Assembly (NCBI GenBank): GCA_035084275.1
Contig: JAYJKW010000046.1
Coordinates: 62,001-110,760, forward strand
Source: Hydrolagus colliei
Lineage: Eukaryota
DNA: 48,760 bases
Direction of reading: 5' to 3'
The notes under the pieces were generated by a model. The model was not told the origin of the DNA, ran no database searches, and saw nothing but the letters and a program-made list of their open reading frames with translations. The position numbers were made by a program, and so were the translations under genes. This document shows positions 35,422 through 47,415 of the stretch, one piece after another. Position 1 is the stretch's first letter. Every line of letters starts with the position of its first letter.

Positions 35422-35730
35422 CCACCCCTACAGCTCCCAGTCTTTACGCCCTCCAGCCCACCTGCGGATCGCCCCTCCCCGCAGGCCGACTCACGTTCGG
35501 GTGTCTGGCCGCCGACTACTCCCCCGAGCCGGCCACTTTCAGCTGGACCTCCAATGGAAGTCCCATCGGCATCGAAGGCCAAGTCAGCAGTTACCCCTCG
35601 GTGCTCAGCAAGGCCGGTCTCTACACAGACAGCAGCCAGCTGACCATCCAGGCATCTCAGGTGGACATCTCCAATCTCTGTTGTCATGTCAAAAGCAGCA
35701 GCTGGACAGGCGGGGTCATCTGTATCTCAG
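35422..35730 (+). CDS. IGHM: Cluster 3 Cmu1 exon (divergent, two extra Cys)
   Basis: ATPTAPSLYALQPTC..FGCLAADY..FSW..NLCCHVKSSSWTGGVICIS; acceptor tttccag, donor gttagt. Confidence 0.93.
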
Positions 35731-36174
35731 GTTAGTTTTGTGTTTCCAACGGTACAGAGACGATCAGACAACAACAACACCAACATTACCCCTGTGTAGA
35801 GCCTTTCACGCGAGGCTCGAGGGACTGAATGGCCTACTTCTGCTCCTAGTGCTTATGCTCGTATGACGGTGAGCCTAATGGGCCAGCCTACAGCCTCTCT
35901 ATCCATCCGCCCACCTCCCCCCAATCTCTGGAACTCCATCCCTCAGTCCCTCCGCCTCACTCCCTCTCTCCCTCCCTCTCTGCCTCCCTGGCCTCCTTCA
36001 AGTCTCGCCTCAAGACCCTCCTCTTCGATGCGCCCATCAGCAAATCCTAATCTCCCACAACCACACCCCCTCCCCACCCGCCCCCATCACCCACCCCATC
36101 ACATTGTCATCCGCCTTGGGACGTCCTCCTGACGTGAAAGTCTAATTTTGTCCTTGTTGTTGTCGCCGTTGTAG

Positions 36175-36507
36175 ACCCGCCGTCACCGCTACCGTCGTCG
36201 CCCCCAATTGTGCTCCTCACACAGACGTCCCCCGAAGATATCGCCTTCGCCAAACAGGCCACCCTTCTCTGCTCAGTCTCTGGCTTCAGTCCGGACAAGC
36301 TCAGGGTTGACTGGCTGAAGGACGGGAAGGCCTTGGCCTCAGGCTTCAAGAGCTCCCCTTCGCTCAATGACAATGGGACCTTCAGTACTGACAGCCGGCT
36401 GATCATCCCAGCCACAGCCTGGACGAAATACGTGGTTTATTCCTGCAAAGTCACCCATGACCCCTCCCAGACCCTCATCATCAAGAACATCACCAATTGG
36501 AGCCCAG
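36175..36507 (+). CDS. IGHM: Cluster 3 Cmu2 exon
   Basis: Acceptor ttgtag at 36174; DPPSPLPSSPPIVLLTQ..; donor gtagag. Confidence 0.9.
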
Positions 36508-36959
36508 GTAGAGTTGGGGTCTCCTGTAGCTCAGTGGTACAGAGCACTCGCTCTCTCTCGCACACACACACACTCACACACACACTCACAATAACCCAGT
36601 CCCCACACACACTCACACTCACTCACNNNNNNNNNNNNNNNNNNNNNNNNNNNNNNNNNNNNNNNNNNNNNNNNNNNNNNNNNNNNNNNNNNNNNNNNNN
36701 NNNNNNNNNNNNNNNNNNNNNNNNNNNNNNNNNNNNNNNNNNNNNNNNNNNNNNNNNNNNNNNNNNNNNNNNNCCCAGTCCTACACACAAACGCACAACT
36801 AGAATCACCCAGCCCCCCCCCCCAGCTACGTATGTGTTGCGTGTGTGTGCGTACGTGTGTGTGTGTGTTGGGGGGGAGAGTATGGAAACTTGCCCAGGGT
36901 CTCCCCCTGCCCTGCCCTGACCTTGACCCTGACCTGATCTGCCCGGATTCGAACCGCAG

Positions 36960-37271
36960 GACCTCCCGATTGTCCGCCTGCTGTGCTAGAAGTCGGCGTG
37001 TCTCTGCTGCCGCCCTCACCGAGGCAGCTGCTGACGCAGCCCACAGTCACCCTGACCTGCGTCGTGACCAACGCCCCCATCGGCGTCATCGTGAGTTGGA
37101 CTCAAGGACAGACGGCCTTACAGTCGACGCACGAGAATCTCTCGGATCGGCGAGCGGTCAGCGAGTTGGTGATTCCCACCCAAGACTGGACCAGTAGGAA
37201 GAGATACGCCTGCCAGGCCAGCCACCCAAGCATGGCCTCTCCCAAGCGCGCAGAGATATCCAAGAGCGAAG
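36960..37271 (+). CDS. IGHM: Cluster 3 Cmu3 exon
   Basis: One amino-acid difference (T to I) from clusters 1/2; same splice sites. Confidence 0.88.
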
Positions 37272-37713
37272 GTGAGCAAAGGACGCCAGGGGTTTTCGGG
37301 ACAAACGAATGGTTTCTTTGGCTTATTGGCAACTGGAACTCCTTATCCCAACCTGCTCTCGCTCCCTTCCTCCCTCCCACCCTCCCTCACTCCCTCGCTC
37401 CCTCCGTCCCTCCGTCCCTCCCTCCCTCCCTCCCCACATCCCACATTCCCTCCACCTCGCTCACTCGCCCCCTCCCTCCCTGGCGTCTCTTCGAGTCCCA
37501 CCTCAAGACTCTCCTCTTCGATGCACCCATCGGCAACTCCTAATCTCCCCCCTCCCCCTCACGCCACCCCACCCCACCCCCCGTCTTACCCTCACACGGG
37601 TCTGACACAGTGACTGTCCCTCGCCATGGGACGTCCTCCTGACGTGAAAGTGTCTCTGCGAGCGTCGTCCGTTTTGTCGCCGCCATTGATTTGAGTGTCG
37701 ACTCTCCCCACAG

Positions 37714-38099
37714 TCTCCCCAGAACAGCCATCAGTGTATCTCCTCCTCCCGTCGGCCGAGGAGCTCTCCTCTCACCAATCGGTCACCCTCACGTGCCTGG
37801 TGAAGGACTTCGCCCCCGAGGAGATCCTGGTGGAGTGGACGGTCAACGGCCAGGCCATGAGCGAGGGCAACTACTCCAACACGGAGGTCATGGGAACCGA
37901 GGCCGGACTCAAACACTCCATGTACAGTCTGTTGTCCATCTCGAACTCCGAGTGGGAGCAGGGGAACACCTACTCCTGTGTGGTCAGACACGAATCCATG
38001 GACCAGAAAAAGACCAGATCAATCAACAAGTCCAGCGGTAAACCCAGTTTCGTAAACCTCTCTCTCGTCCTGATGGACAACGCCAATGGCTGCCAATGA
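37714..38099 (+). CDS. IGHM: Cluster 3 Cmu4 plus secretory tailpiece
   Basis: ORF 37695-38099 (one L to Q change); internal donor after 38037; AATAAA at 38268. Confidence 0.96.
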
Positions 38100-40194
38100 C
38101 GTGTTTCCCATTGGCTTCACCCGTTGGCTGCTCCTTTTGTCGGCACCTCTCTCCCCCTACCCCTTACCCTCCCCCTATCCTCCTCTCCTCCCCTCCCCTC
38201 CCTCTCCTCCCACCTCCCCCCATCCCTAACCTTGACCAATTTGAAGTCATGGAAAGAAAGTAACTCCAATAAAAAATCTTTATTGTAAGTTATGAGTCAA
38301 GATCCCAGAGGGGAAGGTTTCATTCAATTAGTAATAATTATAATAATAATAATAGTCCCGGCGTTTGATATCGCGGCTTTTCACGTCTTCTAGACTGTGT
38401 CTCAAAGCGCTTCACAGGATATACCGTAAAGTGTAGTGACTGTACATATATTTGTCGGAGAGCGAAACAGCAGCATCCCACCCCCACACCACCCACCCCT
38501 CCCACCCACCACAGCTTTACACACATACTCAGCCACACTCGGACATAGCCAAATAAACACACCGATTCACACACAGACACACTCACACAGAGACACAATC
38601 GCACACACACAAACACGCGTTCACCCAAACACTCTCCGATACATCCAGATTGACACACATTCACACACACTACTGTTTACGCATGCCCAGCTAGGGTCAC
38701 ACGCACACACACGCGCGCGTGCGCACACAGTCACAGGACTCACACTCATTCACACACTCACCCGTACTCTCACACACACTCTCAGCCACCCAGGCTCACA
38801 CCCACAATACATTCACACACACAGGCTCACACACACTCACATACATCACAACTTACACACAGTCACACACACTGCTGTGGACCCATGACCAGCGAGGCTC
38901 ACACACACACACACACAGACTCACACTCACTCACACACTCACCCATACGCTCACAATCAATCTCATCTACCAGGGCCACATGCAATAATACACACACACA
39001 CACAGGCCAATACACACATACTCTCTTGCCCATCCAGATTTACACACATTCACACACACCCAGCTAGGATCTCACACACACAGACTCACGATTATGAAAG
39101 CCTACACGCATCCACACACACTATCAACCATTTCACACTCACACACACTCACACACTCACACACTCACACCTACTCACAATAACCCAGTCCCCCATACAC
39201 ACAATCTTAATCACCCAGCACACACACACTCGCACACTCACTCACTCACTCACTCACTCTAACACACAGTCACTCACACACACACTCACACACGAACATT
39301 CACAACTACCCAAGCTCGCACATACACACGCACACATACACACAGTCACACCCACACACACAATCATAATCCCCCAGCCCACACAAACACACACACAAAC
39401 ACACTCCTGCACTCACACACACAGTCACTCACACACACACTCACACACAGACACACACTCACACACACACACTCACACACACTCACACACAGACACACAC
39501 GTCTCCCCCTTTCCTTCCATCGCTGTTACACACACAGAGTAAAGTCAGCGTTTTATTTGAAGTGAATCTGAAGTGATTTTCGACAATAAACTCCACGTCA
39601 TTGTTCCCTAAGATACGAAACTTCACCCCGACTGTGAGGGACAGTGTCTGATCATCTCCCCCCCCCCCCCCAACCCCCAAATCAGCCTTACACAACCCAC
39701 AGGCAGCAAAGTCCTGTAGCTCAGTGGGTTAGAGACACTCACTCACTCTTACAAGCGTGAGAGGGAGAGAGAGACCTGGGTTCGAATACAGGCAGATCAG
39801 GTCAGGGGGAGACCTTGGGACAAGTTTCCTTACTCCACACACGCACAAACACACACATACAGTCACCACACATACAGTCACCACACACAGACACACTCAC
39901 ACACACAGACACACACTCACACCAAATAATAATCCCTTTTTAATAAAATACGGTCATTTTCAACCCACTGTTGGCTCTGTGTGTGTGTGTGTGTGGAGGG
40001 GGGGGGGGGGGGGGCTGCCGTGCGCAATCGGCTGCCGATCGCGTTTTGCTCTCCCCACAGATATACACACAGTCACTACACTAGACAGTCTATCCCGCGA
40101 AGCCGGTGAGACGCGAGAAGCGGCGACATCAAACGCCAGGATTATTGTTATTAATATTAATATTATTATATATCTCCGGGTTGCATCCGCACAG

Positions 40195-40325
40195 ATTCCT
40201 CAGCCGAGATGACGTTGGAGGGTTTCTCCTCAGATGAAAGTGGCAACCTCTGGCCTACAGCTTCCACCTTCATCATCCTCTTCTTCCTGAGTATGTTCTA
40301 CAGCGCCACCGTCACTCTGATTAAG
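40195..40325 (+). CDS. IGHM: Cluster 3 TM1 exon
   Basis: ..[39 protein letters not shown]; donor gtgagg. Confidence 0.95.
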
Positions 40326-40986
40326 GTGAGGAGACGGCAACTCACGAACGAACGAACAAACGAACGAACAAGTGAACTCACTCACTCACTCAGTCGCGAG
40401 CAAGCGAGCGAACGAACGAACGAGTGACCTCACTCACTCACTCACTCACTCACTCGTGAGTGAGTGAACTCATTCACAAGTGAACTTACCCACGAGTGAA
40501 CTCACTCACTCACGAGTGAACTCGCTCACTCGCTCGCCTTACAAGCGTGAGCGAGAGACCTGTGGTTCGAACCCAGGCAGGTCAGGTCAGGGCGGAACCN
40601 NNNNNNNNNNNNNNNNNNNNNNNNNNNNNNNNNNNNNNNNNNNNNNNNNNNNNNNNNNNNNNNNNNNNNNNNNNNNNNNNNNNNNNNNNNNNNNNNNNNN
40701 NNNNNNNNNNNNNNNNNNNNNNNNNNNNNNNNNNNNNNNNNNNNNNNNNNNNNNNNNNNNNNNNNNNNNNNNNNNNNNNNNNNNNNNNNNNNNNNNNNNN
40801 NNNNNNNNNNNNNNNNNNNNNNNNNNNNNNNNNNNNNNNNNNNNNNNNNNNNNNNNNNNNNNNNNNNNNNNNNNNNNNNNNNNNNNNNNNNNNNNNNNNN
40901 NNNNNNNNNNNNNNNNGACACAGACACACACACACGAACACACAGAGGCTGAAATTATTAATCATATCTTTCATTTTATTTTCCAG

Positions 40987-40995
40987 GTGAAATGA
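40987..40995 (+). CDS. IGHM: Cluster 3 TM2 exon (VK*)
   Basis: ttccag|GTGAAATGA; AATAAA at 41296. Confidence 0.92.
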   Translation: MK

Positions 40996-43900
40996 ATCTC
41001 TTCACTTCAGCTTCACGGACGAGCCTCGCGTGTGTGTGTGTGTCTGTGTATATGTGTGTGTCTGTCTATATGTGTGTGTGTCTATGTAGATGTGTGTGTG
41101 TATTGATCGACCGTGCCTCCTGCTGCCCTCCTGTCTCTCCCCCCTTTCCTATTCTCCCCCAGGGCCCTGCCCTGACTGTCCAGACCCTCGGGACGTCCCC
41201 CTGACGTGAGAGGCTCTGTCTGTACCAGTGTGGTTGTGTTGCTATTGTCGTTGTTGTCGCCACAGACACTGTCGGCTTGTCGGACTCGAACTCTCAATAA
41301 ACGATAGAACTCAGTGAACTGTTGACTCCCTCTCTTTCCTGTTGCTCGAGCCTCGAGTTCTGTGGGTGTCTTGACGTCTGACTGGGAGCTCCCGCAGCTC
41401 AGTGGGTTAGAGCAACGCACTAGCTCGCCTTACAAGCCGCGAGAGAGAGACCTGGGTTCGAATCCAGGCAGGTCAGGTCAGGGAGAGACTTCGGGACNNN
41501 NNNNNNNNNNNNNNNNNNNNNNNNNNNNNNNNNNNNNNNNNNNNNNNNNNNNNNNNNNNNNNNNNNNNNNNNNNNNNNNNNNNNNNNNNNNNNNNNNNNN
41601 NNNNNNNNNNNNNNNNNNNNNNNNNNNNNNNNNNNNNNNNNNNNNNNNNNNNNNNNNNNNNNNNNNNNNNNNNNNNNNNNNNNNNNNNNNNNNNNNNNNN
41701 NNNNNNNNNNNNNNNNNNNNNNNNNNNNNNNNNNNNNNNNNNNNNNNNNNNNNNNNNNNNNNNNNNNNNNNNNNNNNNNNNNNNNNNNNNNNNNNNNNNN
41801 NNNNNNNNNNNNNNNNNNNNNNNNNNNNNNNNNNNNNNNNNNNNNNNNNNNNNNNNNNNNNNNNNNNTTTAACTTGATTTAACTAATGTAATTTTAATTT
41901 TTCGCGAGTTTTAAACGGCAGAGACATAATAATAATAAATAATAATAATCCTGGCGTTTGGATATCGCGGCTTCTCCCGTCTTATCGATCGTGTCTCGAA
42001 GCGCTTCACAGGATAGACCGTCGAGTGTAGTGACTGTGTGTATGTGTCTGGGGACCCAAATCTGATAATGTGAGAAGGGCTCAGTTCCTTATCCACAGGA
42101 AACACCTGCTCTCTCTGCCACTGAATTAGAGTCTCTGCCTCTTAATACTGAAATGACCTGAAAGCCGACCACTGGAGACTGGTTAAAAATACTCCAACAA
42201 GCAGCTCAAGCTTTCAACACACACACACTCACACACTCACACACACGCACTCAGTCACACACTAACTCACACACAAATACGCACACATACACCACACACA
42301 CACACACACTCATACACATACTCACACACACACTCACACAGACACACACAAACACACTCGCACGCACTCACACTCGCTCACGCAGACACACACACTCACA
42401 CACAAACTCCACACACACACACAAACACGCATTCACATTCACTCACACAGACACACACACACACACACTGACTCGCACACACAACTACGCACACACATAC
42501 CACACATACTCACACACACTCAACACACACACACACTCCACATACACACACACACTCACACGCAAACTCCACACACACACACACACTCCACACACACACA
42601 AATACGCACACACGTATTGGTGGCGGGGTGGTGGGGGTCAATCCCAGCTGTGTCCTGTGACAAGCCGTGGCCGCCGCTCGAACCCCCTGCTCCCCGCCAG
42701 CCACCCCCTGATGGTCTCCCGTCCACTCGCGAGTCTCTCGAATCGGTGACGAGGCCCAGAGAGAAACAATAATCTCCCGAATTATATAGAAATCTAATAA
42801 TCACATTAATGTTAATAATCACCGATCCCGGCATTGGATACGGCGGCGTTTTGTTTTCGACGGCGTCTAGAAGCGCTTCGCGGGATAGACCGTCAAGTGT
42901 AGTGACTGTATGTACATGGATATATTTGAGGGAGAGAGAAACGCGGCAGCCGATTGCGCACGGCAGCGTCACCCACCCCCCCCCCCCACACACACACACA
43001 CACACACTCACTCACAGATTGAAATGACAGATTTTTTATCATAGGGGTATTTTTGGAGGGATTATTATTAGGCGTGTGTGTGTGAGTGAGTGTGTGTGTG
43101 TGTTGAGTGTCTGTGTGTGTGTGGAGTGTGTGTGTGCGTATTTGTGTGTGTGTGGAGTTTGCGTGTGAGTGTGTGTTGAGTGTGTGAGTGTGTGGAGTGT
43201 GTTTGTGAATATGTGTAGAGTGTGTTTGCGTATTTGTGTGTGTGTGTGGATTTTGTGTGTGTGTGTGTCTGTGCGAGTGTGTGTGTGTCTGTGTGACTGT
43301 GCGTGTGCGTATTTGTGTGTGAGAGTGTGTGTGTGTGTTGAAAGCTTGAGCTGTTTGTTGGAGTATTTTTAAACAGTCTCCAGTGGTCGGCTTCAAGGTC
43401 AGGTCCGTATTAAGAGGCAGAGACTCTAATTCAGTGGCAGAGAGAGCAGGTGTTTCCTGTGGATAAGGAACTGAGCCCTTCTCACATTATCAGATTTGGG
43501 TCCCCAGCCACATATACACAGTCACTACACTCGACGGTCTATCCTGTGAAGCGCTTCGAGACACGGTCGATAAGACTTGAGAAGCCGCGATATCCAAACG
43601 CCAGGATTATTATTATTTATTATTATTACGTCTCCACCGTTTAAAACTCGCGAAAAAATTAAGTTAAATTAGTTAAATTGAATTAAATCCGCTTAATTTC
43701 GCTTCACGTTCCATCAAGGCCGGGGTGGTTTTGCGTGGCGCACAGTCACGGCTGTGGGTGTGTGTGATTGTGTGTGGACGTGTGTGTGTGAGTGTGTCTG
43801 TGTGTTTATTTGTGTGTACAGTGTATGTATGTTTGAGTGTACGTTTGTAATAATAATCATAATAATAATCCTCGCGTTTGATATCGCGGCTCATCACCTC

Positions 43901-44024
43901 TTATCCACGTCTCAAAGCGCTTCACAAAATAGACTGTCAAGTGTAGTGACTGTATATATGTTTTGTGGGGAGAGCGAAACGCGATCGGCAGCCAATTGCA
44001 CACAGCAGCGTCCCCCCCGTCCGC

Positions 44025-44055
<31 letters not shown>

Positions 44056-44726
44056 ACACAGCCAACAGTGGGTTGAAAATGACCAACTTTTATTATTTTA
44101 TTTTTATTATACTGGGTTTGTTTTTGGAGGCATTATTATTAGGCGTGTGTGTGTCTGTCTGTGTGTTTGTGTGTCTCTGTGTGCGTGTGTGTCTGTGTGC
44201 GTGGAGTAAGGAAACTTGCCCAAGGTTTCGCCCTGACCTGACCTGATCTGCCTGGATTTGAAACACACAGATCACTCATGCTTGCAAGGCAAGCGAGCGA
44301 GCGAGAGAGAGAGAGAGAGAGAGCAAGAGAGAGAGAGAGTGGGCGAGTGCTCTAAACACCGAGCCACAGAAAGCGCCCACTATTGACACTCGTATTAATT
44401 AATATGAACGTTTCTGCCGTCCAGGAAGAAGTTAAATTAATGATGAGTGCGGGGGTCAGAGGGAATGTGAGGTGTGACTCTCCCCCCCGCCCACCTCGTT
44501 CACTCCCCTCCCTCCCTGCCACCCCCCCCCCCCCCCCCCCCCGCCTCCCCAATCAGCCCTGATACCTCATTGGTCCGTTCCCCAGACACCTGGCCTCGTC
44601 CCCCCTCCTTAAATAGCAGCTCAGTGTGTAACAGACCCCATCTGTCCACCCGACAGCTGTCTTTTTCTCGGCTGTTGTGGCTCAAACAAACAGGGCGTCA
44701 AACTCTGATACTTTGTCTGGGAAGCC

Positions 44727-44772
44727 ATGAGGTCCCTGATATCTCTCAGCCTCTTGCTGGCTCTCTTCTCAT
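44727..44772 (+). CDS. IGHV: Cluster 4 VH leader exon
   Basis: MRSLISLSLLLALFS, donor gtgagt. Confidence 0.9.
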
Positions 44773-44906
44773 GTGAGTCGGCGTTCGTCCTACCCTAGTC
44801 TCGCTGTTTTCGCGTGCGTCCGTGTGTCTCTCTCTGTCTCCGCGTCCACGGATCTCGGTTCTCGCCGTAATTTAACCTCGGGTCCTATTTTTCTCGTTTC
44901 TCGCAG

Positions 44907-45218
44907 GCGTCCAGGGCGCTGTGGTGCTGACACAGCCGGCGACTCTAACCGGGAAGCCTGGCACAGCCGTGAGACTCACCTGTAAAACCAGCGGGTTCGA
45001 TCTCAGCGGCTATTACATGCACTGGATCAGGCAGTTGTCCTGGGAAAGGCTTGGAATGGCTCCTTAAGTATCGCACTCCACCCGCTAAATACACTGCTTA
45101 CGCGCCCGGCATTCAAAGCCGTGTCACTGTCATCAAGAGGATTCCAACAACATCTTCGATCTGATCATCAACAGTCCGACAGTTCACGACACCGCCATAT
45201 ATTACTGTGCCAGATGGT
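44907..45218 (+). pseudogene. IGHV: Cluster 4 VH with +1 and -1 frameshifts (apparent pseudogene)
   Basis: cagttgtcct instead of caggttcct (about 45035) leads to TAA at 45065-45067; atcaagag instead of atcaaagag (about 45135); RSS intact (CACAGTG 45219, 23 nt, ACAAATACT 45249). Sequencing error is not excluded. Confidence 0.7.
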
Positions 45219-45876
45219 CACAGTGAGAGGAACCTGGGCTGGCCTCCTACAAATACTCACACAAGCGAAGAGAGGTCCCACCCTCGACTGACTGACTGGG
45301 GGAAGTCAAGTCATGGTGTCAACACTGTGTCTGCAGCACAGAAAGGAAGGACGGGGGAGAAAACACGGGCTTCGAATTGGAATGGATTCCTCGTCTCATT
45401 CCCCAAACCGAGACAGTGACTGGCGGTTCGATGGAGGGGAGTGAGGATGGGAGTGAGGAGGGGAGTGAGAAGGTGAGTGAGTGAACGAGCTGCCTATCTG
45501 TGCTGCGATATCCGCCATTTCAGCCGGTAAGTGACTGTGTGGTTCTTCAGGACTGAGGTTGGATTGCGTTCCCCCCCCCCCCCCCCCCCCCCCCACCCAC
45601 ATAGACATTTTCATCCACAGTTGGCTGTGTGTGGCGGACGCTGCCGCGTTTCGCTCTCCCACAAACACACAGTCAATTCACTTTACAGATTTCCTGTGAA
45701 ACGCTTTGAGACACAGTCAGGAAGATGCAAAAAGTCACGACATCAAATAGAAGAATTATTATTATTATCTGAGACTCTGTCCGGCATTAAAATAGCCAAT
45801 TTCAGTGACTTTTGGCAGCCAGTGTAGAGAGAGCAGAGACCGAGGCCAGTATTTGTATGGGGACTGTATCACTGTG

Positions 45877-45888
45877 TACACAGTGGGT
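45877..45888 (+). other. IGHD: Cluster 4 DH1 (TACACAGTGGGT), 13/22 RSS with altered nonamer
   Basis: AGTATTTGT 45848, 13-nt spacer, CACTGTG 45870; CACAATG 45889, 22 nt, ACAAAATCC 45918. Confidence 0.85.
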
Positions 45889-46190
45889 CACAATGCTACA
45901 TACAGCCACTTCCTCATACAAAATCCTCAGCCACAGACTCCGCAAGCCACTGTCCTCACAGCTACAGTCACAGCGGCCGATGGCGCACGGCAGCGTCCCC
46001 CACACACAGCCAACATTGGGTTGAAAACGGCCCATTTATTATTATTGTGTGTGTTTTCTCGGAGGGATTGTTATCGGGCGCGTGAGTGTGTAGAGTCTGT
46101 GGGAGGGAGGTAGGGTTGTCGGAAACGTCAGGACAGTATTTGTGGGTTCAGCCTGAGCCTGAGGTTTGTGTCACAGTGTGTATCACTGTG

Positions 46191-46200
46191 TAACTACAGG
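46191..46200 (+). other. IGHD: Cluster 4 DH2 (TAACTACAGG), 12/12 RSS
   Basis: GGTTTGTGT 46163, CACTGTG 46184; CACAGCG 46201, 12 nt, ACAAAAACC 46220. Confidence 0.93.
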
Positions 46201-46640
46201 CACAGCGTTAACTGTCAATACAAAAACCCTCCAACAGCAAAACCTTCTCAATCTCTCCCACCGCCGGCTTGTGAGGGTCCCAATTAACGCTCGGAGAGTT
46301 GACGTGTGTATGAGGAGACCCACCACTGAGGAATTTTCAGCCGATTTGACTTAAAAACACATGAAACGTCGTATTTTGAATCTCAAATCCGTGGGCGACA
46401 ATCGAAATGGGGGCTGTTTTGTTGTCGGGAACACAGCAAGACACAGTCGTTTAACAACAGGCGAACGCAGATTGTTCTGTGCGGTTGTTGTTGTTGTTGG
46501 TGTTGGGAACATGACAGATAGAGACGGTTCCCTGCGTTTTGTTTTGTGGGAAATTTACCATTTGGAATAACAGATTGTTTGTGTGACCTGTCCTCACAGC
46601 AAGTTATTGTCGTGAGCAGACCACTGACTGAGGCACTGTG

Positions 46641-46679
46641 ATTACTGGGGACAAGGCACCATGCTGACAGTGACTGACG
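46641..46679 (+). CDS. IGHJ: Cluster 4 JH, 9 nt shorter at the 5' end (YWGQGTMLTVTD)
   Basis: AGTTATTGT 46602, 23 nt, CACTGTG 46634; donor gtaaga. Confidence 0.92.
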
Positions 46680-47274
46680 GTAAGAAACAATTGCGAATGA
46701 GCGAAAGAAAGAACGCGCTCACTCACTCACTTAATAATAATCCGTCCAAAAAAAAATTCCCACTGAAATACAATTGGTTATTTTCAATCCACGGCTATTT
46801 GTGGGGAAGCTGCTGTGCGCAATTGTCTGCCCCGTTCGGCTCTCCCACAAAATATATAGTCTATTCAGTGTATTCTGTGCAGAGCTTTTGAGACGTTGAT
46901 AAAACGTGAAAAGCGCGAAGTCAAATGCAATGATTATTATTTAATGTTTGATATTTAATGTTTACTGTTTAGAGTTTAAATTTGAAAGTTCAGCATGTAG
47001 CATGTAGAAAGTAACATTTAAAATTAAAAATGTAACTTTTAAAATGGAAAGTATTTTNNNNNNNNNNNNNNNNNNNNNNNNNNNNNNNNNNNNNNNNNNN
47101 NNNNNNNNNNNNNNNNNNNNNNNNNNNNNNNNNNNNNNNNNNNNNNNNNNNNNNNNNNNNNNNNNNNNNNNNNNNNNNNNNNNNNNNNNNNNNNNNNNNN
47201 NNNNNNNNNNNNNNNNNNNNNNNNNNNNNNNNNNNNNNNNNAAAATACTTTCCATTGTCTCAAAGCGCTTCACA

Positions 47275-47415
47275 GAAATTCGAAATTCGAAATTCGAAAT
47301 TTAAAATTTTAACTTTTAAATTTTTTGATTTTTGATTTTTGATTTTTGATTTTTGATTTTTGATTTTTGATTTTTGATTTTTGATTTTGAAATTTGAAAT
47401 TTGAAATTTGAAAGT
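47275..47415. repeat. AT-rich 7-bp-period array (AAATTCG, GATTTTT, GAAATTT)n
   Basis: Direct inspection; same position in the J-C intron of cluster 4. Confidence 0.9.

Noticed and set aside
47043-47256. 15-bp inverted repeat flanking an N gap in cluster 4
   Set aside because: Sits exactly at both contig ends, so a misoriented overlap or assembly artefact is more likely than a real hairpin.
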